Virus record (IMG/VR): IMGVR_UViG_3300023179_000062 | Span: 1-64,000 of that record | Reading direction: 5' to 3' (one strand) | DNA length: 64,000 nt | Source of the DNA: a virus | Shown: one piece after another, positions 38,394 to 48,340 of the stretch | Layout of the letters: each line of letters opens with the position of its first letter | How positions within the stretch are numbered: the first letter of the stretch is position 1 | Notes under the pieces: model-generated | The model's database searches: none | Seen by the model: the letters and a program-made list of their open reading frames with translations, nothing else | Told to the model about the DNA's origin: nothing | Made by a program: the position numbers and the translations under genes

Positions 38394-40628
38394 TTAATAT
38401 GTCATTGCTGTATTGACCATAGCCAATATTTTTCCCATTGATACTCCTTGCCATGTAGTTGCACTGTTAGATCGAACAGTAGTATATACATTATTCCAAT
38501 TAGCACTTAATGTATTAACATTAGAATAAACACTTGAATTGTTAGCAGATTGTGTATTAGTTGAGGTATATACTGAATTATTATTTGCACTTTGAGTGGA
38601 AAATGATGTGTAGGTGTTTTGCCAACTAGCTGTCAATGATTTAACATCAGTTCCCTGATAATTCCATTGAACGGCTGAATTAGTATTAACAGTGGAATAA
38701 ACCGACATATTATTCGCACTATTAGAATTGGTATTAGAATAAACTGAATTCCAGTTAGCACTATTAGAATTTACTGTAGTAAAATTACTTAGATTATTTG
38801 CACTCTGTGTATTTAGAGTGGTGTATGATGAATTTACATTATCTACAACAGTGGTTAAACCACTAATCTTTGATTGATTTATATTTGCAGCAGAGGCAAC
38901 ATCTACGTCAACTAAAAGAGAAGCAGGTGTTTGTGTAACCCCGTCAACAACTTTTACTAACCCTGTTCCTCCGACAAAAGGTATAGTAGAGTGTAAATGT
39001 GATGGAGTGGAATCCCCAAATGCCAATGTTACAGTTTTATTATTGGCAGTTGCTTTTGCTCCAATTTCTACATATATTCTATCAGATAATGATACAGTTT
39101 TCTGTGGAACTAAACACGACATTGACTGCTGAATAAATATTCCATTATTAGTTAATACTGCATCATTGGATGTGGAAAGTAAAACAGGCGCATTTATTCC
39201 ATCATAAGTATAAACTATTACCTGTAATACGGTTGGATTATTAGTATTGGCATTGGAATATCCCCATACATTAAAATCCCAAATACCACCGGGTATAGTA
39301 GTAGTGTTCGGGTCTAACGCATCTGTTACAAAACCGGCAATCAATGTATAATTGAGTTGTGAAACAACTCCACTTGTATATATTGTTTGAGCACTTAATC
39401 CTAAACTTCCTAATTGCTTTGCAGTTAAGGGAAGATTGGTTGTGGGTGATTGTGCTAATATGGCTTGATTGAAATAATATATTTTTCCCCCTCCTGATCC
39501 ACCAGTCCCCGAGGCCCATGTTGCAGAATTAGTATTAACTGTGGTATATACAGAAACATTATTTGCACTATTACTATTAGTAGTGGAATATACTGATAAA
39601 TTATTAGCCGATTGAGTGCTAAAATTAGTAAAAGTATTTTGCCAATTACCTGTAAGAGATTTGATATCCGTTCCTTGATAATTCCAATTTGATGCGGAAT
39701 TACTATTAACAGTTGTGTAAACTGATGCATTATTGGCAGATTGTGTATTAAAAGAACTATATACATTATTCCATTTATTACTGTCGCCACCTGTAACAGT
39801 AATAACCCCATTAACATCTAATTTTGTGGTAGGAGTTATTGTGCCAATACCAACATTACCAATATTTTCTGTTAATATTAAATTTGTATTAGGATTAATT
39901 GTAATATTATTGCCTGCCCCTATGCCAAAATCTCCATAGGAATTTCCTATATTCGCAGAATCTATATTAAAATATAAAGGGTCGTTATTAATTCCTATAC
40001 TGCCAGTCAATTTGCCACCACTTAAAGGAAGATATGTTGAATCGGTAAATTCCTTTGTTACAAGCGTGGCAGAAGCACTATTCCATGAAGAAAATGCATC
40101 GTTCCAATTAGCAGAATTTGTATATACTTCTGTGAGAACAGATGAATCTATTCCTACTCCAGTTAGGGTTGCCCCGTTCCAATCAAGCATAACATCTCCA
40201 TTAGCATTATGTAATATACGCGCATTGGGATCAATGCTATTAATATTACTGCTATCTAAAATATTAGAACCTGATAAAAATGATAAAGGAGAACCTAGCG
40301 GAAGTGTTCGAACGGTTGATCCGTCTTGTTCATAATTAGTTAACCGACCTGCTTGATAATTTAATTCATAGTCAAGTGAACAGCGCAAGGAAATACCTTT
40401 ATTTCCGCCAGTAAATTGATCAGTAGTTCCTTGAACCAATCTTGATCCATTTTGAAATGATATGGCGGCACTCTCAGACATAGTTCCACCTGATAAAGGA
40501 AGATACCCGTTTTGAATATTATCTATTGTGGCACTAATTAAATTAAAATTACTTTGAACATCTGTTGATATAGATGTTCCAAATTTTCGATTTAATTCTG
40601 CTTGAAGATTTTGTTGTTCAGGTGTCAT
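38394..40628 (-). CDS. tail fibre protein with S-A-N-W repeats
   Basis: YLPLSGG twice, GNVGIGT..P..KLDVNG, multiple NSANWNSVY-type repeats. Confidence 0.75.
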   Translation of the reverse strand: MTPEQQNLQAELNRKFGTSISTDVQSNFNLISATIDNIQNGYLPLSGGTMSESAAISFQNGSRLVQGTTDQFTGGNKGISLRCSLDYELNYQAGRLTNYEQDGSTVRTLPLGSPLSFLSGSNILDSSNINSIDPNARILHNANGDVMLDWNGATLTGVGIDSSVLTEVYTNSANWNDAFSSWNSASATLVTKEFTDSTYLPLSGGKLTGSIGINNDPLYFNIDSANIGNSYGDFGIGAGNNITINPNTNLILTENIGNVGIGTITPTTKLDVNGVITVTGGDSNKWNNVYSSFNTQSANNASVYTTVNSNSASNWNYQGTDIKSLTGNWQNTFTNFSTQSANNLSVYSTTNSNSANNVSVYTTVNTNSATWASGTGGSGGGKIYYFNQAILAQSPTTNLPLTAKQLGSLGLSAQTIYTSGVVSQLNYTLIAGFVTDALDPNTTTIPGGIWDFNVWGYSNANTNNPTVLQVIVYTYDGINAPVLLSTSNDAVLTNNGIFIQQSMSCLVPQKTVSLSDRIYVEIGAKATANNKTVTLAFGDSTPSHLHSTIPFVGGTGLVKVVDGVTQTPASLLVDVDVASAANINQSKISGLTTVVDNVNSSYTTLNTQSANNLSNFTTVNSNSANWNSVYSNTNSNSANNMSVYSTVNTNSAVQWNYQGTDVKSLTASWQNTYTSFSTQSANNNSVYTSTNTQSANNSSVYSNVNTLSANWNNVYTTVRSNSATTWQGVSMGKILAMVNTAMTY

Positions 40629-40646
40629 TATCTAATTATTTAATAT

Positions 40647-41564
40647 TTAATCTCGGTCTTCCCAATTTCCTACATAATTAAGGGCAACCCATTTATAAGG
40701 AACGGGTATATTCCAGTTAACCGTAGCTATTCCTTGATCGGTTTTGGTTAATGATTCGGGATCAACCACATCAATATATTCTCCATTAATAAATGTGCCT
40801 GATACATTACTAAGAAGAGTGAAATAGTCTGATATATGATATACAAAATTGCCCAATGCACTACTTGTTCGCCCCATGACAGTATCACCTAAATTAAAAA
40901 TACCATTCCATGCATATACCCACATTTGCACTTCATTCACGGGTAACACCATTAATTCTAAATAATTACCAACATCACTTGCATAACAAGAATATTGTGC
41001 CATTTGTCGTCCTATACGAAAACACCATGTACCTGTATCATCTGCGATATTAGGATATACAGAGAATCTAGTAGTTGATTCGGGTCTAGTCGAAAGAAAT
41101 TTAAAAACTCCTTGTCCTAGACATGCAGATAATGGAGGTAAACGGAAATTTATACTACTCCAATATGGGGTGGATTGGTCGGTTATAATTAATCCTGCCT
41201 GTTCTACTGTAAGAGGAACTTGATACCATCCTGATACAACAGCAGAAGAAATAAAGATACTATTCATCCATGATGCTGAATGAGTTTGAACAATAGTGGT
41301 CGTGTCGTTATTACCGCCTCCCCATCCAGCAGATAGAGAACTTACTGTATTATAATTACTATCATAATTAATAATTTTAGCATCTGTAAGACTTTCATCA
41401 TTTAAAAATATATTAGTGGCGCTTAAATCGCCTGTGAGGGTTCCACCAGTCAGCGGCAGATAATTAACCAATAAATTACCCACTACTTGGTTAAAATCTG
41501 TAATATCTTTAACCGTATGGGTATGGGAAATCTTTTTGGTTACTATTTGCTGAGAACAACTCAT
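40647..41564 (-). CDS. fibre-related virion protein
   Basis: HTHTVKDITDF and YLPLTGGTLTG fibre motifs. Confidence 0.65.
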   Translation of the reverse strand: MSCSQQIVTKKISHTHTVKDITDFNQVVGNLLVNYLPLTGGTLTGDLSATNIFLNDESLTDAKIINYDSNYNTVSSLSAGWGGGNNDTTTIVQTHSASWMNSIFISSAVVSGWYQVPLTVEQAGLIITDQSTPYWSSINFRLPPLSACLGQGVFKFLSTRPESTTRFSVYPNIADDTGTWCFRIGRQMAQYSCYASDVGNYLELMVLPVNEVQMWVYAWNGIFNLGDTVMGRTSSALGNFVYHISDYFTLLSNVSGTFINGEYIDVVDPESLTKTDQGIATVNWNIPVPYKWVALNYVGNWEDRD

Positions 41565-41572
41565 AGTTTTAT

Positions 41573-42838
41573 TTATTGTAAATCAGTTACCGTGATTTCT
41601 CCCAACTGCATTAACTCTCTAATCTGTTCAAGAATAGCTTCTCGATTTATGCCTTCAGGCTCATAATAGATAATATCTTCTGTATCGCTTATAAGAGTTG
41701 GGGCGTTTAGATCACTGGTTATGATTAATCCATTTAAATATGGAAATTGTTCTACGCACCAATTATAGTGTTCGGGCAGATTTATTGGGTAAGGATTTTC
41801 TGAGCGGCTACATCTATTCGCATCTTTGGTAAGTCTGCTCCATCCGCAATCTGTTACTGCAATGATATCTGTAAATCCTATAACCTTTGCAGCAGGTAAA
41901 TCAAATGATAACTTCTGTGGTGAGAATATTGAATATTCAGAAATGGGATAACCATTGAAAACTGATCCATCAGGGGCATTATATGCAGACATTGGATACA
42001 TCGACGAGTCGCTTCCGCTTACAAATAAACTAGTAACTCTCTCAAATCCGCCACCTTCTACTGTAATAGTAGGAGTATCAGTAGTTTTGAAATAATATTT
42101 ATCAATATAGCGCAATTGTGGTACTCCTGATATAGAATAGGATTCAGTAACATTATCAGCAGTATTAGATGATAATTTATCATAATCACATGATAGCATA
42201 TCAGTAATGACTATATCATCATATATAAAGCATATAGGTTTTACTGGTTCTAATTCAGTTCTAAATAGCCATGTTTTTATGACCATATTAAGTGTTGCAC
42301 TTAATCTATAAGATTTATCATTAGGTAAATCTCCACCCACTGTTGGATATTCAATCGCAACTTGTCCATCCCAATTAACTTCCACATTTAATTTTTTACC
42401 TGTTTTTGGTTCTTTTAGTGAATAAACTAAATATGGATTAATAAATAAAGCGATATTTTGGATAATTTGATCCATATCCTGTTGATATTTGCTAAGGATA
42501 TTCAATTGAACATTAATATTCCAAGGTATAGGACGAATATTAATGTATCCTCCTTTTGGATTTTGATAAACGATGTCTTGAATTTTATTTTTATTACGTG
42601 CATCGTCCCGGCCCATACCTGTCATTGTCATACCTATAATAGGAAATTTGATAGTATCTGGCTGTCCTTTAATATCTTGTAAAATACGAGTTTTTGGACC
42701 ATAAACAAAATTAACCTTAATTCTATCGGTCATTTTTTCGTTCATGTCTTCATAACGACGAATCTCTATATCGTCTAAAGCAGACTCAAGCATCTTCAAA
42801 TTTTTGGTAATTTCGAAATTATAGTTATATTCGTTCAC
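41573..42838 (-). CDS. gp15: tail terminator/sheath stabiliser, gp15-like, with C-terminal extension
   Basis: IKV.FVYGPK, FPII, RD..R, PIPWNI...L.I..KYQ.DMDQI motifs. Confidence 0.85.
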   Translation of the reverse strand: MNEYNYNFEITKNLKMLESALDDIEIRRYEDMNEKMTDRIKVNFVYGPKTRILQDIKGQPDTIKFPIIGMTMTGMGRDDARNKNKIQDIVYQNPKGGYINIRPIPWNINVQLNILSKYQQDMDQIIQNIALFINPYLVYSLKEPKTGKKLNVEVNWDGQVAIEYPTVGGDLPNDKSYRLSATLNMVIKTWLFRTELEPVKPICFIYDDIVITDMLSCDYDKLSSNTADNVTESYSISGVPQLRYIDKYYFKTTDTPTITVEGGGFERVTSLFVSGSDSSMYPMSAYNAPDGSVFNGYPISEYSIFSPQKLSFDLPAAKVIGFTDIIAVTDCGWSRLTKDANRCSRSENPYPINLPEHYNWCVEQFPYLNGLIITSDLNAPTLISDTEDIIYYEPEGINREAILEQIRELMQLGEITVTDLQ

Positions 42839-42865
42839 AGTAATACTATTTATGTAAATAATATT

Positions 42866-43651
42866 ATGTCTTACGGTAATCCTAACTTTTCATTCAACCC
42901 GAAAATGGGTTATTCCTTTGACCCTTCGGGGAATAATAAGAGTGCGGAAAATAGTAATCCCGTTCCTGTAACAGATAATTTATATGTTCCGAAATGCGGA
43001 AACAACTTTATCGAAAATAACCATAAACAACAATATCAGGAATATGTGAATAACTATGGACAAACCGTATCGTATCAGCCTGTAAAGTATAATTTCAATA
43101 CACATAACTTCCTTTATGGAGAAGACCCTACATCAGGATATTTCTATGCGCGTAAGGTAAAGGCAATCATTGACTTTAATTCATATACTACATTCTTGAC
43201 TAAATTTGGTATTATGTCAGATGCTGATATTACCATTTATATTCCTATTTCAGAATTTTCCCGTGCATGGGGTTCTCCTCAAGGAGAAACATATCCACTT
43301 GCAGGCGATTTATTCATGATAGATGATTCTGCATGTGATAGACCATTAGGACAATCTCCTATGGTATTTGAAGTCACAGATAAAGACGACAAGATTAAAC
43401 CCGTGGATTTCATGGGTAAACATTATGTTTGGAGATTGACTGCTAAGCGTTTCGACTACAGCTACGAACCAAATGCTCCTCTCGAAAGATTCCTATCCGA
43501 AAATACATCGGATTCCAAGGAATATGGAAGATTGCCGGGTGGTGCAAATCCACCTGATCTTTCAGGGAAAGACTATGATGTGGATGATTTTGCTAATAAA
43601 GAGTTTAAATTACCAGATAAAGAACAATCAGTGTATGGAAAGTACTTATAA
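42866..43651 (+). CDS. gp14: neck protein, gp14-like
   Basis: YGQ.V.Y.P, LYGEDP, LTKFGI, P..GDL, FEV and F.YS.E motifs. Confidence 0.85.
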   Translation: MSYGNPNFSFNPKMGYSFDPSGNNKSAENSNPVPVTDNLYVPKCGNNFIENNHKQQYQEYVNNYGQTVSYQPVKYNFNTHNFLYGEDPTSGYFYARKVKAIIDFNSYTTFLTKFGIMSDADITIYIPISEFSRAWGSPQGETYPLAGDLFMIDDSACDRPLGQSPMVFEVTDKDDKIKPVDFMGKHYVWRLTAKRFDYSYEPNAPLERFLSENTSDSKEYGRLPGGANPPDLSGKDYDVDDFANKEFKLPDKEQSVYGKYL

Positions 43652-43668
43652 ATGTGATATATTAGTAT

Positions 43669-44427
43669 ATGGGTAGAATAAAATGGACTGATGAAATGTT
43701 ACATTCTGATGCATTAAAATATAAACATAGAAGTGATTGGCAGAAGAATTCCAGTGGTTATCAAATTGCTGATCGTAGAAATTTATTAGATAGTTGCTGT
43801 CAACATATGGTGCCTAAAATAAATTGTTACACCCATAATATCGGTGTGATATATGCATTTATGTTTGATGATAAAACCATATATATTGGACTGTCAGTTT
43901 CGCTACAGAAAAGATATAACTATCATTTAAGAGAAGGAATAGTTAATAAAAAAATTAATACATCTATACCTTATAAATTTATAATTTTGGAACAAAATAT
44001 CCCTAATCAAATGCTATCAGAGAAAGAAATATTTTATATAGACAAATTTAAAAATGATGGATGGAATTTATTAAATATTGCTAAGGGTGGAAGTAGAGGT
44101 GGTACTTATATTAAAATTAAAAATGAAGAATTGATGAAATCTGCTTCAAAATATTCTTCAAGAACAGAATGGGCAAGACAGGAACATAAATTATATAATG
44201 TGGCGGTTCATAGAAAATTAGTAGATAAATGTTGTGAACATATGACTGTTATTAAACGATCTTGGAATATTTCTGATGCAATTAATGAAGCACAAAAATA
44301 TTCAACTATTTCTGAATGGCAAAAAAATAATAAGTCATCTTACAATTTTTTATATAGAAAACCGGAAATGATGGATGCCATTGCACATATGAATAGACAT
44401 TATATTAGAAAAACTAATACTATATAA
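43669..44427 (+). mobile_element. free-standing GIY-YIG homing endonuclease
   Basis: VIYAF...IYIGLS...RYNYH...E...LLN catalytic motifs flanked by A.KY...EW helical repeats. Confidence 0.85.
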
Positions 44428-44441
44428 TAAATAATCATTAT

Positions 44442-45122
44442 ATGCAAATCGCTCGTAAATTAATAGTAGAATCACCTAATTATGATCTTGTTTTCGAAAA
44501 AGTACAAGAAAATAGGGATTCTGATAAAAGGTACTTCATTACGGGACAGTATGTAATGATGAATCGCGGTAACAAAAATCGCCGTATTTATGAGGAAGAT
44601 GAAATGGTTCCTGCCGTTGATACCTATATTAAAGAATATGTTCTTGAAAACCGTGGGGGTGGAGAACTTAATCACTCTGACAAGCCAGATGTGGACTTGA
44701 CAAAGTTAGCAGATAAAATCGTTCATCTTGAACGTGATAAACATGACTCAGATTATTATCTTGGGCGTTCTTTAGTACTATCAACCCCATCCGGTAAAAT
44801 CCTTGAATCATTGATTCATGATGGTGTAAAGTTTGGTAAGTCAACTAAATGCTTAGGTCAAATTTCTGAAAGCACTGACGGTTTCAATCGTGTTAAAATG
44901 CCTATTCTCGTCTTAGTTGATAACGTATTTGATCCTTCCGTTTCCACTGCATTCGTAAATGGAATCTGTGAAAATAGAGAATATATCATTGGAAATGATG
45001 GCAAGATTGCCCGTGCATATGAAGCATTAGATGCAAGTCTTTCCAAATATCCTTCCAAGCACTCGGATGAAATCCGTGCCTATATCTTTGAAAACCTTCA
45101 GAAATTCCTTGCAAAAATTTAA
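44442..45122 (+). CDS. gp21: prohead core protease
   Basis: NKNRRIY, GELNHSD, LSTPSGKI, G.ST..LG and D.V.DPS motifs. Confidence 0.9.
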   Translation: MQIARKLIVESPNYDLVFEKVQENRDSDKRYFITGQYVMMNRGNKNRRIYEEDEMVPAVDTYIKEYVLENRGGGELNHSDKPDVDLTKLADKIVHLERDKHDSDYYLGRSLVLSTPSGKILESLIHDGVKFGKSTKCLGQISESTDGFNRVKMPILVLVDNVFDPSVSTAFVNGICENREYIIGNDGKIARAYEALDASLSKYPSKHSDEIRAYIFENLQKFLAKI

Positions 45123-45127
45123 TTAAT

Positions 45128-45415
45128 ATGAACACTCATTCTGAATTAGAATTAATATATGAAAATATGCTCACCCCGATAGGAGCATTAAGTATTACTC
45201 AACAGCAACAACCTGTACAAGTTACAGAAATTGAAGAAGAGATGTCGGAAGCCGACGAAGTGAAAATTGCTAAACAAATACTTAAACAAGTAGATCAATT
45301 GGATATGGCGGCAAGTGAAGCAGCAGTTAAAACATATCGCCGCAAATTAGAATCTATTGCTGATGCTATCAGAGATTTAACTAGTTTGTTAATTCAGGGA
45401 CACCCCGGCGTATGA
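45128..45415 (+). CDS. hypothetical acidic protein (prohead core-associated?)
   Basis: Leader LELIYENML; directly after gp21. Confidence 0.6.
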   Translation: MNTHSELELIYENMLTPIGALSITQQQQPVQVTEIEEEMSEADEVKIAKQILKQVDQLDMAASEAAVKTYRRKLESIADAIRDLTSLLIQGHPGV

Positions 45416-45621
45416 CACAAAAATTTGATAAATTTGTAAACGATTTAATTTCTAAATATGGTGAAAAAGAAGTATATTCGGGTATAGATGTTGAAAAAGA
45501 ACACAAAGATATTACGCATGGAGATAAGCTAAAAACAGCTAAAATAGCTGCTGTACATTTAAAAGAAAGACCTGATTACTACAAAAAACTTAAAAAATAC
45601 GTAGAATCTAATAGCAATTAG
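45412..45621 (+). CDS. DUF5661-like small protein
   Basis: GIDVEKEH...AKIA..HLKERPDYYKKL motif. Confidence 0.7.
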   Translation: MTQKFDKFVNDLISKYGEKEVYSGIDVEKEHKDITHGDKLKTAKIAAVHLKERPDYYKKLKKYVESNSN

Positions 45622-46019
45622 CAATTCCATTTTCTTAAGCTTTTATTGATGCGGCTATCTGGATCATTTGCAGTTTTAGCAGAAGTTAATTTAGATTTCA
45701 TGCCTTTCATACGTGAGCAAAAAGATTTTCGACGTTTTGCAGATTTACTCCCTTTTTTCAATTTAGAGGGTTCAGTAGTTACTGCTGTTTGTAATTTAGA
45801 ACCGGGATGTTCCCTTTTATATGACTCCACCCCTTTTTTATTAAGACCGCCTTCGGGATTTTTCCCTTCTTTTCGTTGCCATGCAGGGGTTGAACTTTCT
45901 TGGACAGGCACACAATTTGGTACTGTTCTTTTCCCCTTCTTTTTCATTCCTACTTTCTTGTAGCCTTTCCAACAGGATTCTAAGATAGAAGTTACATATT
46001 CGTCAAATTGTTCGGTCAT
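45618..46019 (-). CDS. basic two-module protein (CWKGY...PNCV plus DUF6321-like AWQRKEGK...RRKSFC.RM)
   Basis: Both motifs are familiar from T4-like cyanophage proteins; leader FDEYVTSILES. Confidence 0.75.
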   Translation of the reverse strand: MTEQFDEYVTSILESCWKGYKKVGMKKKGKRTVPNCVPVQESSTPAWQRKEGKNPEGGLNKKGVESYKREHPGSKLQTAVTTEPSKLKKGSKSAKRRKSFCSRMKGMKSKLTSAKTANDPDSRINKSLRKWNC

Positions 46020-46024
46020 GTATA

Positions 46025-46225
46025 TTATTTACATTTTTTTATATTATATGTGTTGTTGTAATGAATTTTGATTTGATTAGTAAGAAAATGCATGATTCGT
46101 CCTTCATTTTCTAATGCAACAGTCCATACATCATTCTCATGCATTCCATTTTCTTTTATATATAGTACATAACCTTGCCCCATTGGAGTGACTACAGGAA
46201 TAGGGTCTTTTGGTTCAAATATCAT
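46025..46225 (-). CDS. hypothetical protein
   Basis: 66 aa; IPVVTPMG.G...ND.W.V motif. Confidence 0.6.
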   Translation of the reverse strand: MIFEPKDPIPVVTPMGQGYVLYIKENGMHENDVWTVALENEGRIMHFLTNQIKIHYNNTYNIKKCK

Positions 46226-46280
46226 TTATCTGAATATAAAAATGCCAGTATGAAGTTGGAGTGAATCAGATGAAGATGAT

Positions 46281-46730
46281 TTAATATCTTGATGTTCCCC
46301 GCATCCACGAAGGGATATCTGTCGTTTTTGGCATCGGAGTAGATTGTTGTTTCGGACCTTGACTTGACGTATTAGGTTGATTGGGCATTGCGGTATTACT
46401 TCCAGTGGGTGTGGATGGTTGATTAGATGTAGCTAAAAATTGTGGAAATTTCTGTTGAATCTGATTAAGAAGATTTTTACTTATTTGTGCAGTGAAATTT
46501 CTAGGAGAGAGCTTACTAACTGAACCGCTTGTATTTATAACTGAACCGTCTTGTGTATATGGTAGATATTCGGATTGAATACTGGGGTCCATATTATTAT
46601 AGGTATTAGCATCTGTTATTTTTCTAGCATTACCATTCGCATCAAATGACATATATCCTATGGCTTGTGGAGAAGATTTATTATATAATGCTTCAACTAT
46701 ACATTCTAATTTATTATTATTATATGTCAT
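46281..46730 (-). CDS. hypothetical protein with low-complexity tail
   Basis: 149 aa; TATAAATA upstream. Confidence 0.6.
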   Translation of the reverse strand: MTYNNNKLECIVEALYNKSSPQAIGYMSFDANGNARKITDANTYNNMDPSIQSEYLPYTQDGSVINTSGSVSKLSPRNFTAQISKNLLNQIQQKFPQFLATSNQPSTPTGSNTAMPNQPNTSSQGPKQQSTPMPKTTDIPSWMRGTSRY

Positions 46731-46758
46731 ATAATATATTTATAGATTAATTCAAATT

Positions 46759-46947
46759 TTATAGGTCTTCATAACTATATGAGGTATAATCCATTTCATC
46801 ATATACATCCTTATGACCTTGACATGCATGTAGCCAAGTCCAAGAATCTCCGTCACCCTCATCACCAACTACTTTAACATCTCCCCAACAAGGTTTTTCC
46901 TCAGTTGAAAGATAGTTATATGTGCAATCTGATCCAGTAGCTTCCAT
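46759..46947 (-). CDS. hypothetical protein
   Basis: 62 aa, Cys/His-containing, downstream of RNA ligase. Confidence 0.5.
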   Translation of the reverse strand: MEATGSDCTYNYLSTEEKPCWGDVKVVGDEGDGDSWTWLHACQGHKDVYDEMDYTSYSYEDL

Positions 46948-46972
46948 ATTATCTACTTATTGGGGTATTTAC

Positions 46973-48307
46973 TTATTCAAGTAATATTACATTTTCGTCG
47001 TCAAGTTGTTCCGATTCTTGTAGATTAAAACGGAAAGATTTTAATTTATAAACTTCCCATTCATTAGGTTTATCATTTCGAACAATTATTCCTTCTGCTG
47101 GAGTATGTGGAACTTTGGTACAGAAACGACAATCTTTTTCAAGATAATCATTCATTAATAATTGTAATAAATCATCATGCCAATGATCATCCCTTAAAAG
47201 CTTATATAATAATCCTGCCTTTCCTTGATAATGCAGTAGAGGAGTTTTAATATTAAATTTATTACAATAATCTACTACTTGAGAATGTGATAATTCAAAG
47301 ACATCGCCTACCGAATTAGTGAAGGTCATACGATAAACAATACATTCTAATTTACCTTCTTCGCAACCATAATCATAATTCTTCTGGATCATCGAACCTG
47401 TTGGAGTATATCCTACGATTTCTCCATAGAAACTATATCCCGGTTTTAATGAAGGATATAATCTTTCCGAAGCAATTTTCCACACATCTGAATCATAATA
47501 ATGGTTGTTCTCTTTATCATCATTTAATGTTGAATTTTTAATAACACTTCTGGAACTATAAAGCATACCATATTCCGTTTCATTTATATTAGCACCAAAG
47601 AATTTACCAATTCTATCAATTAATGATAGTTTCTTTTTAACCAAAACATTAGATACTACAAAAGAAGTTCCGTGATATTTTTCAGTAATAATGATATTAT
47701 CATCAAAATTAATTTTTGAAATACATCTTTTTAGATGTTCCGTTGAAGGATGGAAATGGAACTGGTTATCGACCAATTTAGAAGCATATCTTTTCACGTT
47801 TCCGCGAGTCTTCTTAGAAGAAGCAAGACCACTATTTTCAAGTCCTTTTGCGATATATTTCTTACATAGTTGATGTCCACAGATAGTATCAAAGTCTATG
47901 CCTGCATAGTCTGTTGAACTATCTTCAATCATGACAGGGTTATCCAGTACTACTTCACAGAACAATTCAAGAGCAGATACTGGTACAATATACCCTTCGC
48001 TCTTTGAACCACGGAGACGTAATGCACGCACACGACCATGATATTCGAAGAAACCTTTTGCGGTCTTATCTTTGTTCAATTCTGGTTCACGATATGAGTT
48101 ATGGAACTTGAGAAATTCATTGCTGATTGCACATTCCAATGGGAAATAGCAATATAATCCCGGTTCCGCATCAATACCTGTGATAACATTGTTCCCGAAA
48201 AGAGATACCATCTTAAGCTTATTTGCATTAGGGTGGGGTCTGAATTCAGCTATATTAACTATAGATGCTAGATAATTTGCGTTATGATCTGTTGATTTTG
48301 TAAACAT
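46973..48307 (-). CDS. RNA ligase (DRB0094/Rnl2-like) with N-terminal OB-like domain
   Basis: HPNANKL, RLRG..SEG, motif I TEKYHGTS, YGEIVG, EGIIVR, KLKS. Confidence 0.85.
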   Translation of the reverse strand: MFTKSTDHNANYLASIVNIAEFRPHPNANKLKMVSLFGNNVITGIDAEPGLYCYFPLECAISNEFLKFHNSYREPELNKDKTAKGFFEYHGRVRALRLRGSKSEGYIVPVSALELFCEVVLDNPVMIEDSSTDYAGIDFDTICGHQLCKKYIAKGLENSGLASSKKTRGNVKRYASKLVDNQFHFHPSTEHLKRCISKINFDDNIIITEKYHGTSFVVSNVLVKKKLSLIDRIGKFFGANINETEYGMLYSSRSVIKNSTLNDDKENNHYYDSDVWKIASERLYPSLKPGYSFYGEIVGYTPTGSMIQKNYDYGCEEGKLECIVYRMTFTNSVGDVFELSHSQVVDYCNKFNIKTPLLHYQGKAGLLYKLLRDDHWHDDLLQLLMNDYLEKDCRFCTKVPHTPAEGIIVRNDKPNEWEVYKLKSFRFNLQESEQLDDENVILLE

Positions 48308-48312
48308 ATGTC

Positions 48313-48340
48313 ATTATACTATATTTTAAGTCGTTGTCAA
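48313..48340 (-). promoter_or_regulatory. sigma70-type promoter of RNA ligase
   Basis: TTGACA-16 nt-TATAAT, then ATG 5 nt later. Confidence 0.85.

Noticed and set aside
43652-44441. Group I intron around the GIY-YIG gene
   Set aside because: Flanking gp14 and gp21 are intact and the spacers (17 and 14 nt) are too short for a ribozyme.
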